A DNA stretch of 63,629 nucleotides, filler included, from Stramenopiles sp. TOSAG23-3 (Eukaryota), in assembly GCA_900128585.1 (NCBI GenBank). It is 10 parts of 10 records of this genome, joined end to end, with 100 filler letters (N's around TTAATTAATTAA, not from the genome) between each part and the next. Parts side by side here need not be neighbours in the genome. Positions count along the whole stretch, not along the records: positions 53,560 to 61,081 come from LT643136.1; positions 61,182 to 62,355 come from LT646325.1; positions 62,456 to 63,629 come from LT646326.1; 7 more parts are not named here. One strand, given 5' to 3'. The notes below the pieces were generated by a model. That model was not told where the DNA came from. It made no database searches and saw only the letters and a list, made by a program, of their open reading frames with translations. Shown one piece after another: positions 53,596 through 63,629 of the stretch. A program made the position numbers and the translations under genes. Within the stretch, counting starts at the first letter, position 1; each line of letters begins with the position of its first letter.

Positions 53596-56385
53596 ATGCA
53601 GCCCTCGGCGAACGTTCCTACCTCTGGTCCTGTAGACAATTTGGAGAATGTACGGGAGGACGAGTTAGCGAGCAAAAGCTACGTTCTTCCCCGTAAAGAT
53701 AAAGGGAAACAACACTTGGCGATCGACCCGTCCGACGTTTTGCTGGACCACAACCAACGGTCGATAAACTTTGCTGAGAAAGTAGTGATGAGCAGCGCCG
53801 CCACCGCCGACGACCCTCTCCAGCACGCACCCCCCTCGTCGCCGAACGACGCGTACGTTGACTGGGTGACCCTCCCCCTTTCCACCCAGAGGCAAGGGGA
53901 GGCCCGAAAAAGCGGGCGGAAAGCCAAGCGGGCGAAGAAGCGCAAGTCCACGAAATCGACCAGAGGAAAGCCCGGGAATGATGCCGCCGGGATAGACCCA
54001 GAAAAGTACCGAGAAATCTTGGCCGCCCAGCGGCCAAGGAAGGAACTTCCCCAGGCGGCCCCGGGCTCGCGGGTGGAGCGGGCCTGCGTGCTGGACTTGA
54101 AGGACGGCCAGTCGGTCTTGGTCGAACCCCCGAGTGCGCTGGCGAAGCGGGAAGCGCAGAAGGCGCTCAAGTTGCAAATGCAAGAAGAGAAACTGCTGGA
54201 AACCCAAAAGCGAAGGCAGAAAGAGCGGCTGGAGCTGGAGAAGAAACTAGAAGCGGAGCAGCGGCAGCAGTTCCTGCGACGGCTGCGGGACATGGAGGAC
54301 GCGAAGACGGGGAGGGCCCACACGCTCCTGCTCTTGAAAGAGACCGCGGTCGTCGACAGGTTGAACAAACTCTCCAAGGAGAAGGAATTAGACATAGACA
54401 ACCACATTCAAAAGCGACGCAAAAAGATGGAGGTGGTGCAGTCCCGCCGGCTGAAAACACTGAGCGATAAAGCAAAGCACATGGAGGTGCAGATGGCCAC
54501 GCGCTGGAAAAACATGCCGCGGCCCGGGGCCAACGGCGCCAAGCCGGCGCAGAAGCCCAGATCCTCCCAGCGCCCCGCCGCGAATGCCAAGCGCGCGGTC
54601 CTGAGCAGCAAAAATCGCTGGGCCCATACAAAAAGAGTCGCGGAAAAGTGGGACCAAATGTTGCAGAAAAAGTCGTTGCAGCTGGAACGCACGAAAGAGA
54701 AGCGGCTTCAGTCCCAGCTGAACAAGAACATCGACGCCAACGACAAACTCAAGAGATCGTTGAAGACCGTTGGGCAGGCGATCGGGGGGCAATCCGAAAC
54801 CGGCACCGAAGGGCCGACCCCGGCCAAGACGGCGGCAGAGAGCGCGGCACTGCGGGCAGCAAAGAAATCCAACAAGTTGCTGGAACAACGGGCGAAGCGA
54901 GAGGTCACAAAGTGCATGGTGCTGAAGAAGAGGCTGGAGGAGAGGAAGCGTGCGGCGCAGCTCAACGCGCAGCGAGAGGCGCAGAAGGCCCAGCGGGAGG
55001 CGGGGCGAAAGAAAGCAAAAGCAGTCTTAAACGTTATGGGGGCGGCACGAAAGCCCAGTGGTGCACCAGGCGCCGCCAGGGCGGGGAGGGCAACGACGGC
55101 TCCAAGGAAGAAGAGAGCGGCCCACGGCGCTGCGCCGAGCAAGAGCACCGTCCCGAAACCACGAAAGCACGACAGCGGGACCGGGTCGAGCCGGTGGGAA
55201 CGAACGAAAAAGGAGGCCAGGGCACGCATGGAATCGGACATGGAAATAGAAAGGGTGCGAAGGGAGCGGGATCTGCTCAAGGCAAAGCTAGTGGCCGAAA
55301 CGAACGAGCGGCAAACGCTGGAGAACAAATTGAAGGAGGACGCCCTCGTGGAAAAACGAATTCAAATGGCGAAGGAAAGCAAGGAGCGCATGGAGGCCAA
55401 ACTGAAAGTGGCCGAATCGCTGAAGAAAAAATTGTACGACCAAGAGCAAGAGGTACTTCGCGCAAAGCGCGTGGTGGCGAAGAGCAAGGCTAAGCGCGCC
55501 CGGGCCGCGGTCACAGCGGCCAAGGCCCGCGCCGCCAAAGCGCTCGACGGCGGGACGAAGTCGGGCCTGAAACTCGCCAGGCCGCCCAAAGCGAGGCTGC
55601 AGACCATGCCGCAGTGGGCGACGGGGGCGAACGCCTTTGAAGAGTCAAGCTCCGGGTCGGGCTCGGGGCCACCGCCTGGAGAGAATTCGGCAGCGGCCGG
55701 TGCAATGCCGGGCCTGAAAAATGCTACGGAAACGGAACCGCCTTCGAAAAGTAGCGGTGCGTCCCTCGAAGTGTCGAACGTGTCGTCCCTGGACTCTGAT
55801 TTCGACCAGCTGGGGGGGTGGGACGAGCTGCAAGATTTGCTGTCAAACTACTACCCCGGAAAGCAGACCGTTGCTGCGCAATCGTCGACGGAAAACCTCA
55901 ACGGGCCGCGCCGTAGGCCGTTGCACAAAACAAGCTCTGCGAAGCGGAACAGAACACCAGTTTCCAAGTCGAAGCTGCACGTGTTTGTCCAAGAAACGTA
56001 TGCCCCAACGCCAGAGATCTTTCGAACCGGAACCCCCGGCAGCAGCGAAGGGCTTGAGAACATTTCGTTTATTGACAAAGCGAAAGAATTCATGCCCCCG
56101 GAGACTACGATCACCCTTGAAGGCAATGGCAACGATGGGGAAATCGCCCCTACTGAAAATTGGTCGGACAATGAAGTCCTCGACGGGGGCAAAGGCATCC
56201 ATGTCCCTCGAATGGCTGCGTGGGTAGATGAAAACACTTCGCCTGTTTCTCCTGGTGTTGTTGCCCATTCGGTTGATGCAGGCGATACGAAACATCGTAT
56301 CGACTTCAACGCCAGTACTTGTGATTTACCAAAAACCGTAGAGGAAAGAACAGAAATTGAAGATTGTGTTGTCATTGAATCGTAA
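53596..56385 (+). CDS. Lys/Arg/Glu-rich coiled-coil protein of unknown function
   Basis: 929-aa GC-rich ORF with no recognisable catalytic motif. Confidence 0.75.
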   Translation: MQPSANVPTSGPVDNLENVREDELASKSYVLPRKDKGKQHLAIDPSDVLLDHNQRSINFAEKVVMSSAATADDPLQHAPPSSPNDAYVDWVTLPLSTQRQGEARKSGRKAKRAKKRKSTKSTRGKPGNDAAGIDPEKYREILAAQRPRKELPQAAPGSRVERACVLDLKDGQSVLVEPPSALAKREAQKALKLQMQEEKLLETQKRRQKERLELEKKLEAEQRQQFLRRLRDMEDAKTGRAHTLLLLKETAVVDRLNKLSKEKELDIDNHIQKRRKKMEVVQSRRLKTLSDKAKHMEVQMATRWKNMPRPGANGAKPAQKPRSSQRPAANAKRAVLSSKNRWAHTKRVAEKWDQMLQKKSLQLERTKEKRLQSQLNKNIDANDKLKRSLKTVGQAIGGQSETGTEGPTPAKTAAESAALRAAKKSNKLLEQRAKREVTKCMVLKKRLEERKRAAQLNAQREAQKAQREAGRKKAKAVLNVMGAARKPSGAPGAARAGRATTAPRKKRAAHGAAPSKSTVPKPRKHDSGTGSSRWERTKKEARARMESDMEIERVRRERDLLKAKLVAETNERQTLENKLKEDALVEKRIQMAKESKERMEAKLKVAESLKKKLYDQEQEVLRAKRVVAKSKAKRARAAVTAAKARAAKALDGGTKSGLKLARPPKARLQTMPQWATGANAFEESSSGSGSGPPPGENSAAAGAMPGLKNATETEPPSKSSGASLEVSNVSSLDSDFDQLGGWDELQDLLSNYYPGKQTVAAQSSTENLNGPRRRPLHKTSSAKRNRTPVSKSKLHVFVQETYAPTPEIFRTGTPGSSEGLENISFIDKAKEFMPPETTITLEGNGNDGEIAPTENWSDNEVLDGGKGIHVPRMAAWVDENTSPVSPGVVAHSVDAGDTKHRIDFNASTCDLPKTVEERTEIEDCVVIES

Positions 56386-56956
56386 AGTAAATTTTGTCTT
56401 AAAATTTCTACCAACACATTTTCTTTTCATTCCTAAATATTTTTTAACTTGATTGATATTTATTATTTTGATAATTATTTATTTTTTATTAATAAAAGAG
56501 GAGGGTGGTGTGGCGTGTCATCCTAATTCATCACATGTGTCCTTTTGATGTATACACTATACAATAGTTCTATACTTCTTATCCCATAATGATCCCTATG
56601 TATATTATAAAATAATTACAACATTTCGATGATGACAGATGACAACAACATGAAACATGATGATGAAGAAGAATGAATGTGACGACAGCAACAACAGCAG
56701 CAGAAGAAGAAGATATTATAATATTAATCACCACAAAAAAAAAATATATAAAATAATAATTATACTACCACCACCGAGGTTGGTGGTAGGTGGTTCGTTG
56801 TCTTTCTTTCTTGATGCAACATATATATCATAGATATGGCCGCGTTGTATTTATTGACAAAAAGATAGTGGTGAAAGGAACAGAGTGAGAAAGCATGATA
56901 CAATACCCACCAGGAAATATTTGAAAAATATTCAATTGAACAAACCGTTAGCTTGA

Positions 56957-57886
<930 letters not shown>

Positions 57887-58056
57887 AAAGTGCAAGATGC
57901 TGAATGTACGGTATTGTTGGAAAGTTTTGTACTTTGATTACTCTGAAAAACACCTCACTACAAATCGAAAATGTCACATGTTTTATGCACGAGTAAGTGT
58001 ATTAAAAAAAAAAATATTTTTATATAGTAAGAATGTAAAAAAAACTTACTTGATAT

Positions 58057-58308
58057 AGTATGTTTTAAGACTCTCAAATGTATATTATTAATTACTATAT
58101 AAAATAACAGCCAATTTTTCTTGTTAATATTATTATTATTATTATGATAAAACGTTTATAATAATCATAATAAAAACAAGAAAATTGGCTGTTATTTTTA
58201 TAGTCTAAGTAATTATTAAATTTAGCGTCCTCATACCCTAATCCTAACTTGGTTCTGTAGTTTTGTTTCATTGTTGGTTGTCAATCAACAGCCAATTTTC
58301 TTGTTTTT
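58057..58308. repeat. Cluster of dispersed motifs between convergent DIM1 and HID1
   Basis: AGTATGTTTTAAGACTCTC (58057-58075); 25-bp motif at 58102 (+), 58172 (-) and 58287 (+). Confidence 0.88.
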
Positions 58309-58409
58309 ATTATTAAACGTTTTTCATGGTAGCATTAGTTGCTTTGACTTTGTAGTTGGGGGGGTATGTTTGCAAATCCTCCTCTATCGCCTCCATTAAT
58401 CCCTAATTC

Positions 58410-60566
58410 TTAGTACTGGTTAATCAAAAACAAACTTATTTTTGTCCCATCGAAGAGAGGGGCGTGCTGGTTTCTGAGAAATATCACACCCCACAAGTAC
58501 GTGGTAAACCACGCATTGGTGTGTTTGTTAGGTTGGTACCGGCGTACCACTATTGCATGTGGAATTGGCAGCAACCCGACCATGGTCGTATTTTTCAAGA
58601 AATCGATTATCCGATTTTCATCCACGGCCATTGCCGAGCTTTTGCACAACGATTCAACCTGAGGCACCAAATGATAAACCAATTTCGAAATAGTTCCCAT
58701 CGGCAACCTTGACTTCCACGACTTTATCCACTCCCCGGTTGGTATGAAGGCAGCCGTCGCCGCCGCCGCATCCGTGGGCGAAGACGAAGGAACACTTGCC
58801 GGCTTAGGGGTCCAATCCTTCATCGAAATATCCGTTACCCTAGCAAACATAGACTTCCTCCGAATGATTGCGTAGATAAGTTGGCAATTTCCATCGTATT
58901 GGTACTGGATAATGTTGTTCAAAATGTCTACCAAGAAGAACAAATACTGGTGGTTGGCCTTTTCGGCCAACAAATACCTTGGTGTTGAAAACACTTCAAA
59001 AAGGTTCAATAGCTTTATGCAGGCCGGCAAACTGATTGTTTTCAAGTACGGCGATACATTAGAAATAATCGTCAGAAAGCAATTGTACAGGGACTCCAGC
59101 CGCCGGTGACTATTGACTATCATTTTATGAAACACAAGGATCATCAGGTCTGCTACAGACCCGGACACGGTGGGCATTTCAATGAGTGGTAGGTGCTCGT
59201 CGTAACGCGCGTTCAGCGCAACACCGAACGAGCGGTCCCCGCTGAGCAGGAGGAGGATAAACGTGCACATATGGACCATGCCGATCGTGGAAGGCAGCGC
59301 TCGGCTGGACCAAATAAAGTACAAGCATGGCAAGACTATCTCTTTGACGTCGCGTTTCTCCGAACAGTATTTCAAGAATGCCTTGTTTCCGTCGGCGATT
59401 TTCCAAAAGAGAACGAGCAGTTCTTGGTGGAATTCGATTTGCTTCATGGAGTTTGGCAAGTAGGTGCTCAAAGCCTCGTGGTGGTTGTTGAGCAACCGGG
59501 AGAACCCACCGAAGAGGAAAGCAAAGTCTGCCTCGGAAGTAAGCGAACACAGCAAATTTCGAAACACATTTGGGACTGGTTCGGGTGCACCCTGCCTCGA
59601 TGGCCGGGCAGGTTCTCCCGGGTTGGTGCCCTTTTTATCGTCCACTACGGGGTGGTTTGCCGTCCCCTCCAGCGAGTCCTGCGGTGGGGGCGGAGACCCA
59701 AAATCAAGCAGGGCCAGGAGCACGTGCAACGACGTGCTGGCCAACTCTTCCCTTGGGTCCTCCATCACGTTGCCCATGTACGGTATCCCCATGCCAATAG
59801 GATCGTAGCCGATTGAGCCGTTTAGCAACGAATAAAACAGCGCTTTCGCGTCCGAGCCTTCCGCCCTCGTGGCTTCGCACAGCCATGCGTCTTGGAACAG
59901 GTCTAATTTTTCAGGGGACGCGTACAAAACTTGTGATGAACAAGCCAGGAACAACTTCAGGACTTCCACGCGGTTGCGATCTATTCGTGCATTTCCGTCT
60001 ATCTCTCCTTTGTTATCCCCCACACCAGGAAACCAGAAAACTCTGCCGGGTTTCGATTCACCTGGTGTAGGCCGAGAAACGTCATCTTCCGCCGAATCGG
60101 TGCTATATTCTGTAAAATTCTTGACAAACGCCAGCTTGAACATAACGTTTATTAACCGGGCCCCAAGGGGGTTTTCCTCGAGAGTGCCGTCCTCGCTCTT
60201 CGTCTCATTGTCGCCCAGTGCCCAAAACGCATCGAGCGTGTCCGAAAATCCAGACTCGAACGAAAACGGAACGAGCCGGGTTAATATTCGTACGCAAGTC
60301 AACGCTACTTCGTGGTGGTCAGGGTTTTCAACAAAATTTTCGGCCTCGCCCACACACTTCTCCACCAGGGCAAAGTAGTGCCCTCGCCGTTCCTTTATCA
60401 ACTTTCGAACTTGAACAGGTGAAAGTGCAGCGAACACGACTTCAGTGGTCGTTACATTCAGAAGGATCCCATTCAAAAGCACGTCTCGAGTCTCCGTCTC
60501 CCCTACGTCACAGGAAAGAAATTGGTGAATCCTCGAGTTAAGCTCGCCGCTAGAAGCTGCTCCCAT
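58410..60566 (-). CDS. HID1: HID1/Ecm30 (dymeclin family) protein
   Basis: MGA N-terminus, YDPIGMGIPY, FHQELLVLFWK, LLLSGDRSFGVALN, NIIQYQYDGN, TTMVGLLPIPH, YLWGVIF. Confidence 0.93.
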   Translation of the reverse strand: MGAASSGELNSRIHQFLSCDVGETETRDVLLNGILLNVTTTEVVFAALSPVQVRKLIKERRGHYFALVEKCVGEAENFVENPDHHEVALTCVRILTRLVPFSFESGFSDTLDAFWALGDNETKSEDGTLEENPLGARLINVMFKLAFVKNFTEYSTDSAEDDVSRPTPGESKPGRVFWFPGVGDNKGEIDGNARIDRNRVEVLKLFLACSSQVLYASPEKLDLFQDAWLCEATRAEGSDAKALFYSLLNGSIGYDPIGMGIPYMGNVMEDPREELASTSLHVLLALLDFGSPPPPQDSLEGTANHPVVDDKKGTNPGEPARPSRQGAPEPVPNVFRNLLCSLTSEADFAFLFGGFSRLLNNHHEALSTYLPNSMKQIEFHQELLVLFWKIADGNKAFLKYCSEKRDVKEIVLPCLYFIWSSRALPSTIGMVHMCTFILLLLSGDRSFGVALNARYDEHLPLIEMPTVSGSVADLMILVFHKMIVNSHRRLESLYNCFLTIISNVSPYLKTISLPACIKLLNLFEVFSTPRYLLAEKANHQYLFFLVDILNNIIQYQYDGNCQLIYAIIRRKSMFARVTDISMKDWTPKPASVPSSSPTDAAAATAAFIPTGEWIKSWKSRLPMGTISKLVYHLVPQVESLCKSSAMAVDENRIIDFLKNTTMVGLLPIPHAIVVRRYQPNKHTNAWFTTYLWGVIFLRNQHAPLFDGTKISLFLINQY

Positions 60567-61081
60567 GGTGGTGGTGCGACGTACTACGGTATGTGAGAAA
60601 AGGGTATTAAACCAAATTATCTATGGGGGGGCACGAAGAACGACTTGTGCTGCATTCAATCGCATCACAGTGCAGCACGGTCGTTATTAGAGATGTATTT
60701 CACGTGCATAACTCAGATGCGTTTTATATACGTTAATCAAGATGTGTTTTTGAATCATCGTGTGTAACAATAATCCAATAAAAAAGTACACCAACGACGA
60801 CCACCAAAAAAAAAATAGAAGAAGAAGGAGGAGGAGGAGGAGGAGGAGAAGAGAGAGAAGACAGAAAAGAAGAAGAAGAAGAAGAAGAAAGAAGGAAGAA
60901 GAAAAGATATTGTTACATTATGTTATGATGATGATGATGAAGGATGAAGGTACAATACGTCATATTTATATAGTTGTTACAAATTAATAAAATAATTTTT
61001 TTTCTTCTTCTTCTTCAATCATAAAATTAAAAAAAAAAGATAAAAAAATATTAATACTGATGGTAATAATAAAATAACTTT

Positions 61082-61181
61082 NNNNNNNNNNNNNNNNNNN
61101 NNNNNNNNNNNNNNNNNNNNNNNNNTTAATTAATTAANNNNNNNNNNNNNNNNNNNNNNNNNNNNNNNNNNNNNNNNNNNN
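61082..61181. other. Artificial contig linker
   Basis: N44-TTAATTAATTAA-N44. Confidence 0.98.
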
Positions 61182-61702
61182 TCGTTCTCTTTCTGCCACC
61201 TAGAGATGTCCGCCGAGGCGCGCGTCGCCTCCTTCTTCGTGTGCCAGTCTTCGACCATCTCCTTGGCGTCCTTGTCCGCTTGGGAGAAGGCACTCTCACC
61301 ACACATCATCTTGCTCCCCGCGCACGTGGTCGGTTCTTCCATTGAATTTTCTGGGTGCATGGAGAACGCGTGGATGGGGGCGCCCAGTGGGCCGCACTTG
61401 TAGCAGAAGCACCCGTCGGCCCCGTCGCTGGCACTACCGCCGCAGCAACCGCACTGGCAGACGCCTTTGTCCCCGCATCCTTTTGCGCGCTCGCAGTTCC
61501 GGTGGCACTCCTCTAAAGATGGGTGGTGGGTGACTTCCACACCCGCCGCCATGGCAGCCCGGTGGTTGGCAAACAACTTCATCTGGGCAGTGTTCTTGTC
61601 CCACAACCTAATCCCCGCACTTGCGCGAATGCTCGACGCGTGCGACACGGCAAGGAGAAGCGCGAGCGACCCTACCAGTCCAACTACTAACCTATTTACC
61701 AT
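61182..61702 (-). CDS. Secreted Cys-rich protein (3'-truncated)
   Basis: Signal peptide MVNRLVVGLVGSLALLLAVSHA; dense Cys cluster. Confidence 0.7.
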
Positions 61703-62277
61703 CGTATGATTGCACAACGTAGACTGTTGATGTCTTTATATGTATAATGCACCGTTCCAATAATATTTCCGAAACGTCTTGTTTTGATCCTTTCTCTTTC
61801 GTCCCTGTTTGCCGTCCTTTTCTCACATGGAACGCGCGTCTTCCTGTCCCAAATCAGCGAAGTCTTAACGCTTGGAACAAGTAAATGTAAAAAAGTGAAA
61901 GTCCAGCGTATAAAATCGTGTCATATGTAATAAGGAAAGCAAAATACATGAATATAATATTATAATTGATATATAAATACATAAACCTTAATACTAAAAT
62001 CACAAAAACTTCGCTTTCTCTTCGGTTCGATCTTGATGATCAATTGCTATGGTATGGTCCTGTTACTCTATTTCAATACAATTAAGAGTATAAATAATCC
62101 TATACAATATATTTATTAAGTATAAAAAAGATAATATAAGTATATGTATTAGAGATCATACATTTCCTATTGTATTATTATTAGGATAACCCCTTCTTGG
62201 CACACCGGGATGGGATGCCCCCCCCACTTTCTTAAAAAGGAGCATCAGGAATGGAATCACCTCTTCTTCAAAATATG

Positions 62278-62295
62278 AAAGAAAGAAAGAGTCGA

Positions 62296-62355
<60 letters not shown>
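62278..62355. repeat. (AAAG)n microsatellite at contig end
   Basis: Pure repeat preceded by GAGTCG. Confidence 0.95.
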
Positions 62356-62455
62356 NNNNNNNNNNNNNNNNNNNNNNNNNNNNNNNNNNNNNNNNNNNNT
62401 TAATTAATTAANNNNNNNNNNNNNNNNNNNNNNNNNNNNNNNNNNNNNNNNNNNN
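62356..62455. other. Artificial contig linker
   Basis: N44-TTAATTAATTAA-N44. Confidence 0.98.
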
Positions 62456-62950
62456 ATCTCTCTTTAAAATATAAATGTTTCAATTCGTTTTTGTTTCGTT
62501 TCGTTTATTTTCTTTCTTGAAATCAGTAAACCTGTCTCTCTCTCTGTTTAATTTTGATTAACTCGTTTCCTGTTTTCTTTTTCCTTTTTTCATAAATAAA
62601 AATTTAAAAATTTAATAAAATTATGTATTTTATTTAAATAATAAAAAAAAACAAAACAAAAAAATTGTTGTTTTTAAATAATTTATTATTATTAAATTTA
62701 AAAAAAAAAAGAGAAGAAATAGTATACTTATTATATACTTACACAGTGTATTAGAATACTATATTTATTCCTATATAATAATCTCAGTTATAATTATCAA
62801 TTTTATATTAATACAACTATTAAGTACGATTATAATTCAAATTAAATAGGTAAAACAAAAGAAGAAAAAAGAAAAGTAACTAGACTAACGACGATCGCTC
62901 TCCTTTTCTGCGAGTGAGTTGTCCAATAAGACACACTTTCCTTTTTATAC

Positions 62951-63629
62951 TTAGTATTTCTTTCCGAACTGGTAGGACGCTTTTCGCGCGGCCTTCTTCA
63001 CGACAGCCTCAGCTTTCTTTTTTAATTCCGAGCGATTAAGAACGAGGGCACCGTCGTTCCCCCATAAAGCAATATTGTTCTCGGCCATGTTCAGCGCAAC
63101 TGTTCGTTCTTTGTGTTTTTTTACCAATCTCTCATGGATCAGTTTGTGGCTTCTGTCTTTCAAGGTGACGATGTGGCCAAATGTAAGCGTCTGCTTTAAT
63201 ATTCTTTCGACGTGTTCCGGATCAAACACGCGCAAAAATTCGTCCTCATCTAGGCCATCGTCATTATTCGAGTTAAATCGTTCATAAATTAAATCAAACT
63301 GCGACGTTGTCCACGTTATTCCATACTGTTTCAACCCGTCCCATAACTCCTCCTTTGTGATAGATTGACTGTCGTCAATATCCAGCTTTTTAAAAAATTG
63401 TTTTGGAGAAATTTTCTTCTCGTTCAAAACCGACTTCATGTTGGCGACTAGATCCAACACTGCCGCCTTCATTATTCGGTGTTCCAACTCGTCCCCAAGG
63501 CCGTCTTCCTGCCTTTTTACGCGCACGTTAATCCCAGAGGGAAGCTCAGCGTCCATTATATTGAACGAAACTTTCATGTCTTGCAGAAACGCGGCATCAT
63601 TGTCCGATTGATCCATTTCATGGGACGGT
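62951..63629 (-). CDS. EF-hand pair protein, C-terminal part (frame open to window end)
   Basis: DIDDSQSITKEEL and NSNNDDGLDEDEF EF-hand loops. Confidence 0.85.
   Translation of the reverse strand, partial: PSHEMDQSDNDAAFLQDMKVSFNIMDAELPSGINVRVKRQEDGLGDELEHRIMKAAVLDLVANMKSVLNEKKISPKQFFKKLDIDDSQSITKEELWDGLKQYGITWTTSQFDLIYERFNSNNDDGLDEDEFLRVFDPEHVERILKQTLTFGHIVTLKDRSHKLIHERLVKKHKERTVALNMAENNIALWGNDGALVLNRSELKKKAEAVVKKAARKASYQFGKKY

Noticed and set aside
53618-56417. Many overlapping antisense and alternative-frame ORFs
   Set aside because: Expected shadows in a GC-rich CDS.

Overview
This is eukaryotic microbial DNA, most likely from a heterotrophic stramenopile-like protist (inference from gene content, mostly intron-less GC-moderate CDSs and AT-rich spacers). 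It is not one locus. Ten unrelated contigs (eight of 7,573 to 7,522 bp in descending size, then two of 1,174 bp) are joined by artificial 100-bp N44-TTAATTAATTAA-N44 linkers, so neighbourhood across linkers is meaningless. Recognisable genes: PEX16, Gemin6-like, aldo-keto reductase, peroxisomal FMO, temptin-like, arylsulfatase, GH5-like hydrolase, EGLN/PHD prolyl hydroxylase, MOXD1-like, NOL10, importin-7/8, GON4L-like, DIM1, HID1, and MORN/ankyrin/LRR/EF-hand proteins. Highlights: (1) a ~690-aa minus-strand frame missed by the ORF track (2142 to the window start) fusing tandem Tudor, PWWP and PHD chromatin readers to an ALKBH5-like N6-methyladenine demethylase domain; (2) an XK-related membrane domain fused to near-identical LRRs that vary almost only at exposed codons; (3) an NB-ARC-ankyrin NLR-like gene split at a C7 run; (4) a ~25-bp motif present 15 times on 6 contigs, always 3' of genes; (5) Gemin6 fused to a degenerate MPN domain; (6) a 79-bp inverted duplication that suggests an MDA/single-cell chimera. 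All family calls come from motif recognition by eye, not from database searches.
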